Source: Ginglymostoma cirratum | Lineage: Eukaryota | Assembly (NCBI GenBank): GCA_024137785.1 | Contig: JAHRHZ010000018.1 | Coordinates: 15,103,471-15,167,470 of the forward strand | DNA: 64,000 bases | Direction: 5' to 3' | Shown: positions 50,165 through 62,595 of the stretch, one piece after another | Position numbering within the stretch: the first letter of the stretch is position 1 | Layout: each line of letters begins with the position of its first letter | Made by a program: the position numbers and the translations under genes | Notes under the pieces: generated by a model | Seen by the model: the letters and a program-made list of their open reading frames with translations, nothing else | Databases searched by the model: none | Told to the model about the DNA's origin: nothing

Positions 50165-51225
50165 CAAAATAAAACAAAGAACTGCAGAAGCTGGAGATCT
50201 GAAACAAAAACAGAAATTTTTGGAGAAACTCAGCAGGTCTGGCAAATCTGTGGGAAGAGGCCAGAAATGTCAGCTTTCCTGCTCCTATGATGCAGCTTGG
50301 CCTGCTGTGTTCATCCAGCTTTACACCTTGTTATCTCAGATTCTCCAGCATCTGCAGTTCCTACTATCTCATAAGCAGAATTAACATTTTGAATCTGATG
50401 ACTCTTCATCAGAACTTTTAGCAGCTAGGAAAACGTGGTGTTTATGCTGAAGCTGAACTTTATTGGGTGGGGGTGAGCGTGTTGGAGTGATGGACAGATT
50501 AGCAGCTAGGTGAAGACAGAGCCCAGAAAGACAGAGATATAAGAGGGGTGGATAAACAAGGTGATTTTGGATAGCAGGCCAGGACAGAAGAAAAGCTGAA
50601 TAAGTGATATTAAAAGCTAAGAGCATGAGAAAATGAGTGAGCTGAACTGAATGCAATCCATATAATGAGATGATGGGCCGAGGAGTATGTGAGAATGGAT
50701 AACTGTGCTAAATGCAACAGGACCAAGTGTGGGGTGGGTAAAAACATGGAAGGATGGAGTCAGGGTCTGAAGTCAGTGAATTTGATGTGAGTCCTAGAGG
50801 CTACAGTGTCCCCAGGCTGAAAATGAGAAGCTGTTCTTTGGGCTTGTGCTGAGGCTCATTGGAAGATTGCAGCAGGGCTGGAACAGAAAAATTGGTGTGT
50901 TGAAGTGGCAGGCAACTAAAAGCTTGGAGTCATTATGGTGGACAGAAAGTAAGTGTTCTGCAAAGCAGGCACCCAATTTGCATTCATCTCCCCAGGGCAG
51001 AAGAGACCACATTGTGAACAGCGAATACAATAAAGTAGATTGAATGAAGTACAGGTGAATCGCTGCTTCACCTGAAAGGTACGTCTGGGACGTTGGATAG
51101 TGAGGTGGGGCGTAAGTAAATGGGCAGGTGTTACAACTTCTGCAATTGCCTGGGAAGGTGCAATGGGAACATTAGGAGATATTAGGAATGGAGGAGGAGT
51201 GCACCAGAGTGTCCCAGAGCGACAC
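50165..51225 (-). mobile_element. older Neptune-type PLE 3' end (family D) with a family A tail nested at ~50261-50370
   Basis: TFQVKQRFTCTSFNLLYCIRCSQCGL; FAEHLLSV...VACHFN; AGTT-CTGATGA-AGAGTC ATCA GATTC-AAAATGTT-AATT. Confidence 0.8.
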
Positions 51226-52239
51226 ACTCTTCTATATTATCACTTATTCAGCTTTTCTTCTGTCCTAGCCTGCATCCATTATCACCTTTTTTGCCTATCC
51301 GCTCATCTCCCTCCACCCCACCCCCATCCCCTGACCCCTAACCTGACAGCAAGGTGTACCTTAAATGCACAGACTAGAGTTCAGGAAGATGGCTCACCAT
51401 CACCTACTCAAGGGAAAGAAGGGATTGGTAATATTTCCTGGGCTTGTCTGTGATACATATTTGCTGTGAATGAAAAAATTAATTATACTAAAACATATTC
51501 AACTGACCTATGCTCTGAGGAAATGATCTTCCCTTCTTTTTCAATATTGTCTACAGACTCAGCAATAAATGCTGTCAGTTTCACTCATGCCCTCCATCTT
51601 GTGCATTAACTTTTTTTTTGAACTGATGATGGTTTGCCTGGTTTGGCCAATCTATTCCCAGACATTCGACGGGACATTACTTTGACTGTCTTCTAGGTGT
51701 ATGAAACTGAAACTGGCAGCTAAAAATAAACTACATTCAAATTGATATTTTTAAAAAGGAACTGGTTCACTAAGCTGCATAAGTTGCATGGATCTGAATT
51801 GATTTTATCATCACTTTAAGACACATTTTGTATTGAAAATTGGATATGAGATGTCCAAATCGAATTCAACAAATAAAACAAATCGTAAGAACTCTTAAAC
51901 TTAATCCATTGCATTTCCTAACTGCCTCAGGCATGCACATGGTGGTTGCCTACAGTGTCTCAATGTGAGTCCTATGAGACTAAGGCAACCTTTATTTCAC
52001 AGCAACATCATTCCAAAATCTTTTGCTGCTGCATCAGCAACCTGAAGTTGCATCTTTTATGTTGCGATTAGACATTAGAAGAACTTGGGTAAAATTCACA
52101 TACGTGCTGCTATTCAGAGATATAGCATCATAATTTAAGTATATTGCTATCATATAGCCAGTACTGCTCAACAGTGCAAAATTGTAGCCACTAATTTGTA
52201 AGAAAGCAGATTTTTAAATAAAGTCAGTGAGTTCTTACC

Positions 52240-53050
52240 TCATCTTCGTCCACACCTGGTCATCAGAAGAAGTGCAAATTGTCTAAGAAGGGCTTTCAGA
52301 ATGGAGGTTGGGACCCCAGATGGCGTCATGAGGTGAAATTATGGGGCTGCGAGCTCCAATACAGTAATAGTCATTGATGAGCTCCTCCCACTTTTGCCCA
52401 ATGTCACAGGTCTTCTCTTCCATAGTGCGTGCTCTCAGTTTCCATCAGGGGCCATGACAAAGTTCAAGCCTTAAAATGGGATCACAGTAAAAAAATCATT
52501 CAGAAAGTATAGGCCTGGAAGCCTTTGTCATGAGGACTCCCTGAAGCTGTAACACACAGACTACCCTGGAGCCGTCACACTCTCGAAGGTGGATGATTAC
52601 CATCATTTGCTGTGAACAGATTCTTTCACATAATCTGCTGACTGTAACACACTGTCCAATATGATCCCCCAGTACCTATACTAATGTCAGTAGTTCCTCA
52701 GCAAAATATATTTATAAACTGCAAGATCCGAACAAGCTGCTGGTCAGCAGTCTCTTCACCTGAAATAAAACGCCTTTAAACAATCCTCCAACCAAAGTCA
52801 TCTGTTCACATGTGCCTTATGTATTACAGAGTACATGGTCTCTGCCCCACCTCATTCACTAACTTTCCTGGTGTTGACTTTCTGTTGGTGGAAATTGTGA
52901 ATAAGGGAGCATGCTGCAAGGTACCGGTGTTAATGAGTTCTGCTTCATCGTCTTGCTCTTGTACATCTGTAAACAAAGTTAGAATGGTTTCTAACTCATG
53001 TCATTACTTCCTCGTTTCTGACACTCCAGAAGGCTTCTCTTACTCTGACC
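52240..53050 (-). mobile_element. highly decayed LINE RT C-terminus (possibly Vingi/RTE-like)
   Basis: YWGIILD and ...LMTRCGR-like remnants in broken frames. Confidence 0.35.
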
Positions 53051-55479
53051 TGCAAAGATCAACCCCAAAAAAGGATGGGAGGCCTCATCTTCAGCAGCCC
53101 CCATGCCTTTTGTCATCGCTATCTTTTAGCCATTATGGACTATCTTTTTCTTGAAAAATAAACCCAAATGTCAAAATGACCCTTTGTTCCTTGACACGCA
53201 CAAAACCAAAGTATCAAAATCCACCCTATAATGGGTGCAATGACAGATGTGTGCTACAAGCAATTTCATTTGATGGGAGGCTTGTGTGGAAAGAATGCAG
53301 ATAAGGATGTAAGTCAAGAAACATTTCCAAGTTCTCATAGTGGTGTAAAGGCAAAAGTGTTACATGATGAGCAATGATGCTTATCAGTTCAAGCAATTTA
53401 TTATTTTATGAGGGGAAGGTCATTATGAGGACAGACATGCTTAACACAGTGAATTCTTAGAAGTTATACATGGCTATTTTTCACCTTAGCAGTCATGATA
53501 TGGTTATGAAACTTCTTTTTCTAGCACCGAGTGACCGTATATGCAGTATTTTCTTAATGCTTGTTACTCTGACCATCTCCTTCTGCTGGCCCTGAGTAGT
53601 TCCACTTGGCAGCTCACCACCTATCTGTTCCAATGATGGCATTCTTTCACAACTTATCCTTTTGTAGCAGTGCATTTTCTTTACTATTTTTAACAGGAAA
53701 CAGTCACTGCCCACAGTGCCAGCATGTATTCTCAATCCTTAGTTGTTCTTGAGAGAATTGTGGTTGGGCTTATTTTGGATAGTTGCAATCCATACAGTGA
53801 CAATACTCCAACAATGCTGTTGGGAGAGGATTTCTCAGATTTGGACTCAGCTACAATTGAGAAATGGTGATAAAAGACCAAATCAGGATAGTGTGTAACC
53901 TGGGAGAGAGTTTGGAGCTGTTGGTTTTCCCAATCACTTTTGATCAGAGAGGTTTTTGATACGATTTATTCTTTTGGCAATTACCTCAAGGACAGATAAA
54001 AATGGTTCTAGTTTTAGTACTTGTGAAAATGCTAAGTACGTTTCCAGCTACAGGTACGTTGTTATTGTAAAATGATTCACAATCATTGGATGAGACTAAA
54101 TGAATTATTACTCATGATCCCTGCAACTGAATTCTCTATTTCTATTTTCATGTGCATTGTTTTAAACACAGCCAAAACACAAATTAGAATGAGACATAGC
54201 TTTGCATAACATGCTGTCAAATACAGAATGCATTATGAAGCCCTGTAGGATAAAATGTACAGCTCCTCTGACACTGATCACAATCGTATGTGATATCTGA
54301 GTCTGTCCAATTCCGTAATATAGATCATTATGTCATTGATCCTCCTGACAGATACTGAATGGAAAAGCTTAATTTACCTGGAATGTGAGATTTGCACTGA
54401 TTGCATCATTTAACTTGTTACAGTTTGATACATGGATGAACCACTGAAATGGATGTTTCAGCACAGCGTCTAGATTTATGTTAAAATATTGGAAATAAAG
54501 CAGGAAATTCAGATTTTGAGATCATAGACCCAAACTGGTAATCTTGCAATTACAACAGTTTTGAAAGAAAGAAAGAAATCTGCATTCACGAGCAGAGATT
54601 TTTAAAATTAGTTGTAAAGAATCATGGTGAACTTTGGCATGTTATTTCTCCCATTTCCATTAATTAGCAAATACTTCAAATAAACAATGAATCCTGATGA
54701 TATCAGACTTTGACATATACCTCAATCCTTAAAATATGCAGTCAAAAATTTAGTAAAGTTTTGGCAAAAAGGTACATTTCTTTCTTTTTGGTATTATAAA
54801 GTACTGGTTTTCTTCTTATTATTAATTCTTCTCCGAGCTGTATGATGTCTAAAGAAAGGGGCTGGCATATCAGTACAGCATCCCTTGTGAATGATAAAAA
54901 GCAGCATCCAAGGTGACCTTGTGCCGCTTTGTGCAGTAGACTACGCTATTAATTGCCCAGTACTAGAATGTTTGCTAAAATCATGTGATCTAATTTGCCA
55001 GCCAATGGTTGCTAATTCCCCTGATAGAGTTCCCCATTCTGAGAACTGAACATACATCAGTGCTGAGTGAGTGTAGCAGCGTTTTATAAAGTGGTGATTG
55101 CCTATAACAGCACTGATATTGATTCAACAGTGATCTAATACTTCTTGTACCCTTGGACTAAAACATTAGAATTGGTTCAAAAAGAATAAAAAAGCTCACT
55201 TGAGTGTCTGCAGGGATGTTCCTACAGTGATTTCTTTATTTCTCGACCCTTCGGATCAGAATTCTCCCATGTCAGAATGCAGTTTGAAAATAGGACAATG
55301 ATCATGTTTCCGTAAATTTTCCTGAAATAAGCTCTTTATTGAACAGTGGCAGTGTCCCCCAAACTGAGGTGCTGCAATGATTTGACGTCCTCCAATATCA
55401 TTCAACATGAGATTAACTCACAGCACACAGGCTAAGTTTTACAATTTATCAGCTGAATCAGTACATTTACTGATATGAT

Positions 55480-56205
55480 AAGCCACTTTGGTAGGAAAAA
55501 TAGAAAGGCAGCCTTGTTCTCTTGAAGTAAATGGGTTCGTATTCAAGGAAATTTTAATGTTGTTGTACATGAATTCCAGGAAGCTGAAATAGAGGTATAG
55601 TAAGGGATTGGGAGGGCAAATGATTTGTTAGCCCTCATTTCAAAGTAGTTGGAGTGTTAAGAAAGTCATACTGCATTATTTTAAGGTTTACTTAGACCCG
55701 ACTTAGAGCAATGCGTAGAGTTTTGGCTTCCTTCCCTAAAGCGGTATGTATTTGCCTTGGAGATGGTGCAGTGAAGGTTCAGTAAATTGATTCCCCAGAT
55801 GAATACTGTAGTTTGAGGAAGAATTGGGTGTAATCAGCCTATATTCTGTAGAATTTAAAAGAATGAGAGATGATCAAATTGAAATTTGTGAAAATCTTAG
55901 AACATTTGACCAAATAGATGCTGATAAGCTATTCCTTGAGACCGGGAAATCAAGAATTAGGGTTCTTGGTGTCAGAGTCAAGAATCAGCCATTTTGGGTC
56001 TGACATGAGGATAAATTTCTTCACTCAGTGTGTTGTGAATTTTCGATACCATATGAAATCAATACATGTTTGGACTCCAATTGACTCAACAGAGATAGGA
56101 ATATAGTGGGAAATGGATTGGAAGTCATTAGCAAACAGTCAACATCTTATTGAATGGGAGAGCAAAGTCAAGGGGATATATTGCCTTAATGCGCTCCTAT
56201 TTCCT
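55480..56205 (+). mobile_element. old CR1 3' region
   Basis: LRPDLEQCVEFWLP, RMRDDQIE, MRINFFTQCVVN. Confidence 0.7.
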
Positions 56206-59181
56206 CCCTTCGTAGAAAAATGGGAAGGCACCTCTTCTCAATTCAATGTAATATTTCTCAGCCATTTTCAATGAAGAAAGAGAAGAGAGCAAGTAGGTGG
56301 GTTTAAGGTTTGTTTGCCAGCTGGCATCACTGAATGACTGAAAACAAGTCCATGCTGATCTCAGTTACTGGGTGATAGTGGAAAAATATTGTCTTCGGTT
56401 CATGCTATTTAATATTTCACTTCAACTGTATGACTAATAGTGTCCTCCATAGTTTGCTTTCTCCCCACACAGCTAATATGGAAACCAACTGACATGAGGG
56501 TGATAGGTTTGAGCTCAGTTCTGAGCTGGGTTAGTCCCTCTAGCCTGCATGACAATCAGCTGCCACTTTTAGCTTCAGTTATGTGAATTCTGGAATAGGA
56601 GGAAGGGTTGGGACAAGGGGGCTACTAGGTGGGTGGGGTTGCAAAATCAATTGGGATTTATCTTCTTATTGAATAAACCCTGTTGGAAAGTGCAAGTGTG
56701 CAGGCTTGGGTTTGAGGACTAGATCTGGCATCCATGAAAAATATTTTGATGATGCAGGACTGTTAGAACCACATGTCAACGTTGCTGTGAAATTAACAGG
56801 GAATGATAATTTGGCTTTATACTGCACTATGGAGATGGGTAGAGGGGAGACTTATCTATAGGGGAAGCCTCCGAAAACATGAACTATTGCCCTGTTTCAA
56901 TTCCATTTGTATGCCTTGAATGCAACAGCTGTCTTGTTGCTCCTCATCTATGAAAATATTGGATAACGGTAGATCATAATGGCTAGAAGTGTACTACAAT
57001 CTAGCTCAGTCCAGGCCGCGCCCAGTTTCTATACGCACGCATTCTGCAGCTGATGTGAAGAATCATGACTAACTCTTCCCCTCTCTAATTCAAGTTCACT
57101 GAGGCCGGTTGTAAAGATCCAATTGACCGGACAGACTGAGCGAGTTCAAGTAACCGAAGTTACTTCTGGTGTGTATGGTAAAGCAATGTACCGGACATTG
57201 TTTTTACTGTAAGAGAAGTTCGCATTATTAAATTCAAAACTGTTTTAAGGATTACCATCAGTCAATGGAGTTTGGCTCCAGTGGTAATAATGGAACTGGG
57301 AACAAAGCAGTCAGATTTAACTGCGCATGCCTCAAAAATGTACCTGAATTATTAAATTCCCAAGATACGCATTCCTTGTATAATATTACCAACAATTATA
57401 ACTGTGTAATTCGATAACTTTATGTAAATACTCTATATACTGCTGTTACTCAATAAGTCATTAATAGTGACTTTGGAGCGCGAGTACTTAACTATACAGA
57501 ACACACTCACTAATGGCGCCTTCCTTAGCTTTATAAAAAGAGTGGTCAATTATCCAGTCATATTTTCTTTTAAAATATATTTGAACTAATATTTGTTGGC
57601 GGAGTAATACACACTTGATGCGAGGCCATTTCCCGTGATTTAGATCAGTAAATGAAATGTGTGTTTAGCCTTCTAACCCACTGGAGCTTGTTGTTAATGT
57701 TATAACTACCGTAGACTGTATGGACCCCATCTAATAAGGAAGTGTCGGCCTTATAAATCTCTATTAAAATTAGTCGTAAAGGTAATCTTACCGCAGCCCA
57801 AATAAATACTTTGACTCGATTCTATTTATACCCACGCACTCTTCTTCAGAACTTGTTCCAACTCCTAAAACATTAATCGAATTTCCTTCAAAATGTTACT
57901 TCTTAAAGACTTTCAGAAAACAGACTGTTTAAAAAAAAAAAAATCAAGGCTTCAACTTTTAAAACTTATTATACGATTTGAAGAATAATGCTTAAACTAA
58001 TCGGAATCCAACTGTAAAGTCAGCTCCACAAAGCAGTGTCTTGGTGTCAATTACCCGGCTAGAATGGAAACTTATGAGGAAATCTGAATACACACCTATT
58101 TATATCTCTATAATGGACAAACAGATATAGAGTTAGAAAATAACATAGATAAATAGACACGTGCATAAACAAACAAAGATACACAACGATTGCAAAGCAA
58201 AACACGTACAAATGGATGTTTGCAAAGAAAGAAACTTGCAGATCAATGAATGTTAAAACACTATGGCCTTAAATATGAAGCTGACTGAAAAGGAAAAATT
58301 ACCAGAAACTTTATTTTTCATTCAAATCGTGTGACCTTTTTAAGGGAAACTTTTTCTGACTATAGGAAGCATTTAAATATGTAATTAAAATATTAGATAG
58401 TTATGGCATAATTGCAGTGTTAATGCAGTCATGTCTATGTAACAATTTGTGATTGTGTTCGTTGTCTGCCTCTGTGTTGCTGTAAAGTGCTAGTTGTGTA
58501 GTAACATCACTCCATGTCGTGGCTCTGTCATTGCTTAAGGTCCATAGTAAGAAATGTTTTGAATGACCTATTTTGGGAGGAGTGCTGTGATTGTGCGTCA
58601 TCAGAAAATTCAACACTCTACCAACTCCTAACATTTATAAATGTGATTTGAAGTAGCATTTCAACTTCTCAAAGAAAACAAACCGAACTGAATTAATTGC
58701 TCTATTTGTTCTATTAATATAATGATGTTCTATACAATATCCAAATTTAAGGTGAATCGAAATCAACAGAGCGGTTACAACGTCTGTGTATGACATGCTG
58801 GAGAAGAAGTGAAATGTCTCTTTGAAATGAGACTGGGTCAGTTGCACTCCATGTTAAGTACAATTACTGTTAGCAAAGTTAAATACCAGTACAATGAATA
58901 AACGATATTAAGTTATTTGCAGTCTAATTTCTCAGTGAAACGTTTAACGATCTTTAACATTAGAGGAAAGAGAAACATTTATAGTATCTCGCCTTGGTGC
59001 AGTGATAAATAACTACCTTTTCATTTAATAAGCAGATTAGTATTAGAATCAAGTATTTCCTTAAATTTGGTACATACATTTATAACGTCCTGGCTTTCAA
59101 GGCATGGCCAATTATGTGTGTGCGCTTATGATCCCTCTCCTATGAACGTATATGTGTGTGTGGCTCCTCTCCAATGCATAT

Positions 59182-59368
59182 AGTACTGCCGAAAAAAGGG
59201 ACACAGTCGAAGCTTTTCCTCCTGCAGTCACCAGACCAATTCACAAGAAATTCTAAAGTAAAGGGAAACCCGTCATTTGTCTCTTGCCGTTACTTTGGCA
59301 TTCTTGTGAATTATCCTGACGAGGGCAAGATGAAAAGCTTTTGCAAAACGTGTCTTTTCAGCAATACT
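59182..59368. repeat. old inverted-repeat element with hammerhead-like motif in each arm
   Basis: Arms ~59182-59250 / 59301-59368 (AATTCACAAGAA vs TTCTTGTGAATT); CTGACGA-GGGCAAGAT-GAAAAGCTT at 59316-59340. Confidence 0.6.
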
Positions 59369-59899
59369 TACGTTATGTACCACCAAACAACTATTTATTT
59401 GTTTATATGTATGTGGTTCTCTATCCCATGTACTTCAATTATGCCTAGGCCTCACACTCAGCTAATTCGATAAGGCAACATTTCGCTTTCAGGGCCATCT
59501 TTAAAATTTACAGTTACGCTGCATGAATAAAACCCACCTTGCCTTTCGTGGCATACACCCCTCCATTTAACTTTAACTTTCAGTATGCAGTTTAGAATCA
59601 GTGCGGCAGACTTGCTTCACTGTGATCATTTCCTTAAAGGTAGCCCAGGGTTTTCCTGGATACCAGTTGGTATTTGTGATTGTAGCATGTCAAGTTGCCA
59701 AAACCGTTTTAATTTTAAGTTTTAATTCGTCCTCACAGTGTGCACTCTCGTTCCTTATTTTGATTTTTTTTGCTCAATATCACAAGAGGAGATTGAAACT
59801 CGTACCACCTTGTGATCCTGCGGAGCTCATGCATTGCAGCTCAAAGAAGCTGCACACACCTTTTGTAGTTCATTGGGTTAAATCCTAGTGGGCATTTTT

Positions 59900-61106
59900 A
59901 TAAAAACTAAGCGAGAAACGGAAACGCAAAACCATTTGTTTCCACCTGTTTAGTCAACTTGCCGATCACCAGAGAGCGAAAGGACTCCCGCGGATCCCAC
60001 CTTTCAATTTCTATGCTCACAACGGACCAGTTCCTATGTTATTTGCTGTTTCTGTGCATTTGGGAAATGAACATCGATTTCCCTTTTTATTTGACATTTT
60101 TTAAAAAATATAAAGCAAAGGCACAACCCTTCACCATCAATAAGTGATTGTTAAAAAAAAAACACAGCTGCACTGACCCATGACCGACCGTTTTTAATGA
60201 GCGTCCGAACCGCCACTTCCTCGTCCCAATTAGCACTTAACAAAGACTTATCCCCCCAGCGCTGCTCTGGCGTGTTTCACTTTGTTTTTCTTCACTGGCC
60301 TTTCCTCGACTGATTGTTAGCTCTGCCCACGAACACTTTCTTCACGCAGCACACCAATAAACTTCTTTGGGACCACTGCCCTGAAGGTGAAGATTTTCCA
60401 CTTCCAGTATTTAAGAAGGTATTTCTGAAACTGTGGCCCAGAAATGACCACGAATCGAATTGTTAACCGCGAAATCTCCGACAGAGAGCGAAAGGTGTAA
60501 CAAGAGACCCCTCCCCGAACGAAAACTATAAACGTGAATGTGATTGAACTATCCCTGACCAGTGTTTATACCGTCAGCATCCAGCACTCGCCAGTGTTTC
60601 AAGTCAAAAACATAGTCAAGCAACGAATGACACAAAGGTGCGGGGAAGTCAGTAATGGATCGATTTACCTGCATGGCCCGGTCTCCACTTGGTTTCTCTA
60701 ATCCACCGCCCAGACCGTGGTGATCATTTCCAAATCAGTTGTTGAGCGCAAGTAGGTACACGGCATCTTTAAAACTGATTGACTGGGAAAGAGGCGGGTT
60801 AAAAGCGTCTTCTACTCAAACCCGATTGGATCTGTCTGGGAGAGAGAGAGAGAGACAAAGAAAAGGAACTGTTTGAAAGTAACTTACTGACAGAGGCGTT
60901 GCTTTTGGTCTCCACCTCGCGTCCCTCCCGCCCCCGAGTGAATCACCTGCTCTGGTACAGGTTGTACCGCTCTCTCCCTCACCTCTCGCCTGTCACATTG
61001 CTCTAACACCGCCGCGCTCCCTTTGACCTCTCTCCCTCTCTCTCTCTCGAAATTATTCCAACCAGGAAGAGAGGCGAAGATTGGAACAAAAAGGAAAGAG
61101 CGTGTG
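59900..61106 (+). promoter_or_regulatory. CpG-rich promoter / 5'UTR of FoxG gene
   Basis: CpG clearly enriched relative to the window, no recognisable TEs, ATTGG at ~60825, GA tract ~60840-60855, GC-box CCCGCCCCC ~60927. Confidence 0.55.
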
Positions 61107-62216
61107 ATGTTGAACATGGGAGATCAGAAGCAGCCGAAAATGGTCCCAAAGTGCACCTCCTTCAGCATCAAGAGCTTGCTGCTCCCTGAAGCGGCTCAGC
61201 AGCAACAACAGAGTGACAGTAACCAGGGCAGCAGAGTCGGGGACTCCGAGCTCAAAGCTGACTTTAAATACCAGGACAGCCCGGAGACACAGCTCGGCCC
61301 CGCTGAGGAGGAGGAGGAAGACGAACACAAAAAAGGCGAGAAGAAACACGGCAAATATGACAAGCCGCCGTTCAGCTACAACGCCCTGATCATGATGGCA
61401 ATCCGGCAGAGCCCGGACAAGAGGCTCACCCTGAATGGCATCTATGAGTTTATCATGAAGAATTTTCCTTACTACAGGGACAACAAGCAGGGCTGGCAGA
61501 ACTCTATCCGCCACAACCTCAGCCTCAATAAGTGCTTCGTTAAGGTGCCCCGGCACTATGATGATCCGGGCAAAGGCAACTACTGGATGTTGGACCCTTC
61601 CAGCGACGATGTGTTTATCGGCGGGACCACGGGCAAACTGCGGCGGAGATCGGCCACCTCAAGAGGCAAGCTGGCTTTCAAAAGAGGGCTTCGCCTCTCT
61701 CCGTCCGGCCTGGGCTTGATGGACCGGGGTAACCCTTTGTATTGGCCTCTGTCCCCCTTCCTGTCCCTGCACCATCCCCACAACAGCCTCAACTACAGCA
61801 GCGCTGCCTCGAGTTTCCTGAACCAAGCTCCCACTTACAGCTCCTTGCTTTCCGGCTGTGGGGCTGGCGTCGATCAGATGGCTGGCGGGGACCTCTCTCA
61901 CCCGTTGTTAAGGGGATCCGTACAGTGCGGTTTGACCAACGGATACACGGTGAACCCTTGCTCTGTGAGCTTGCTGTCCGGCCAGACTGGCTACTTCTTC
62001 CCATCTCTCCATCACTCGCAGTCAGTGCAACACCAGAACGGAACGGGCATGGGCAACCCTGGCGCTCCATCCAGCTCTCCCCCAGCAGCTTCACCCCTCA
62101 TCACCGAAACCCTCAGACCGTCTCTGTCCACTTTCCCGTCCGGACTCGCCGCTGGATTTACCAGCTACCTGTCACAGCAGAACGGAGGGGCTGCTAGCAA
62201 TTCGTTTTTGCACTGA
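61107..62216 (+). CDS. forkhead box G family transcription factor (FoxG1 paralog, FoxG2/FoxG3 type), single exon, 369 aa
   Basis: MLNMGDQK N-terminus, eh1-like FSIKSLL, FoxG forkhead [18 protein letters not shown]...[57 protein letters not shown]-terminal SNSFLH. Confidence 0.95.
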   Translation: MLNMGDQKQPKMVPKCTSFSIKSLLLPEAAQQQQQSDSNQGSRVGDSELKADFKYQDSPETQLGPAEEEEEDEHKKGEKKHGKYDKPPFSYNALIMMAIRQSPDKRLTLNGIYEFIMKNFPYYRDNKQGWQNSIRHNLSLNKCFVKVPRHYDDPGKGNYWMLDPSSDDVFIGGTTGKLRRRSATSRGKLAFKRGLRLSPSGLGLMDRGNPLYWPLSPFLSLHHPHNSLNYSSAASSFLNQAPTYSSLLSGCGAGVDQMAGGDLSHPLLRGSVQCGLTNGYTVNPCSVSLLSGQTGYFFPSLHHSQSVQHQNGTGMGNPGAPSSSPPAASPLITETLRPSLSTFPSGLAAGFTSYLSQQNGGAASNSFLH

Positions 62217-62588
62217 TCTAGGCCCAGGACGTGACAGTAGGTAGCAAACAATGCTATGCAAAACTACAGCTGCACCTTACTTCAGGAAATCTGTGCTGAT
62301 ATATCCTCTAGATTATTATACCTGGTTTTAGACGAAAAATGACTCTTACATGCTGTGAGAGAAAATAATCATTTAATAATTCCCGAGGCTGTAGTTTCAT
62401 CCTGTAGTAATCATAATGTCGAAGGTACCTTGCACACGTGCTGCTGCAACAACGAAAAAAAAATGCTCCTGCCTCTTTTTATGTTTTAATTGCAAAGGGA
62501 GAAAAAAATGCAACCGGTTTGCTTTGCAATATTAACGTGGCACAAAGGGAAAACGTTACCTTTAGTCTGAACCGCGGACTTCTCTTTA

Positions 62589-62595
62589 ACCAAAG
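62589..62595 (+). promoter_or_regulatory. miR-9 7mer-m8 seed match in 3'UTR
   Basis: ACCAAAG in AU-rich context. Confidence 0.45.

Noticed and set aside
4702-50370. Recurrent GCTGGATGAACACAGCAGG repeats as a CRISPR-like array
   Set aside because: Dispersed, in both orientations, no regular spacers; they are PLE termini in a vertebrate genome
4400-61000. AKAP7, NOVA or PRKD exons expected from mammalian synteny
   Set aside because: No matching motifs seen in the ORF track or by eye; very small exons cannot be excluded
61023-61106. N-terminal extension of FoxG from the ORF track
   Set aside because: Starts at TTG; the ATG at 61107 matches the conserved MLDMGD/MLNMGD start
61053-62197. Antisense and alternative-frame ORFs overlapping FoxG
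   Set aside because: Expected shadows of a GC-rich coding sequence; no recognisable motifs
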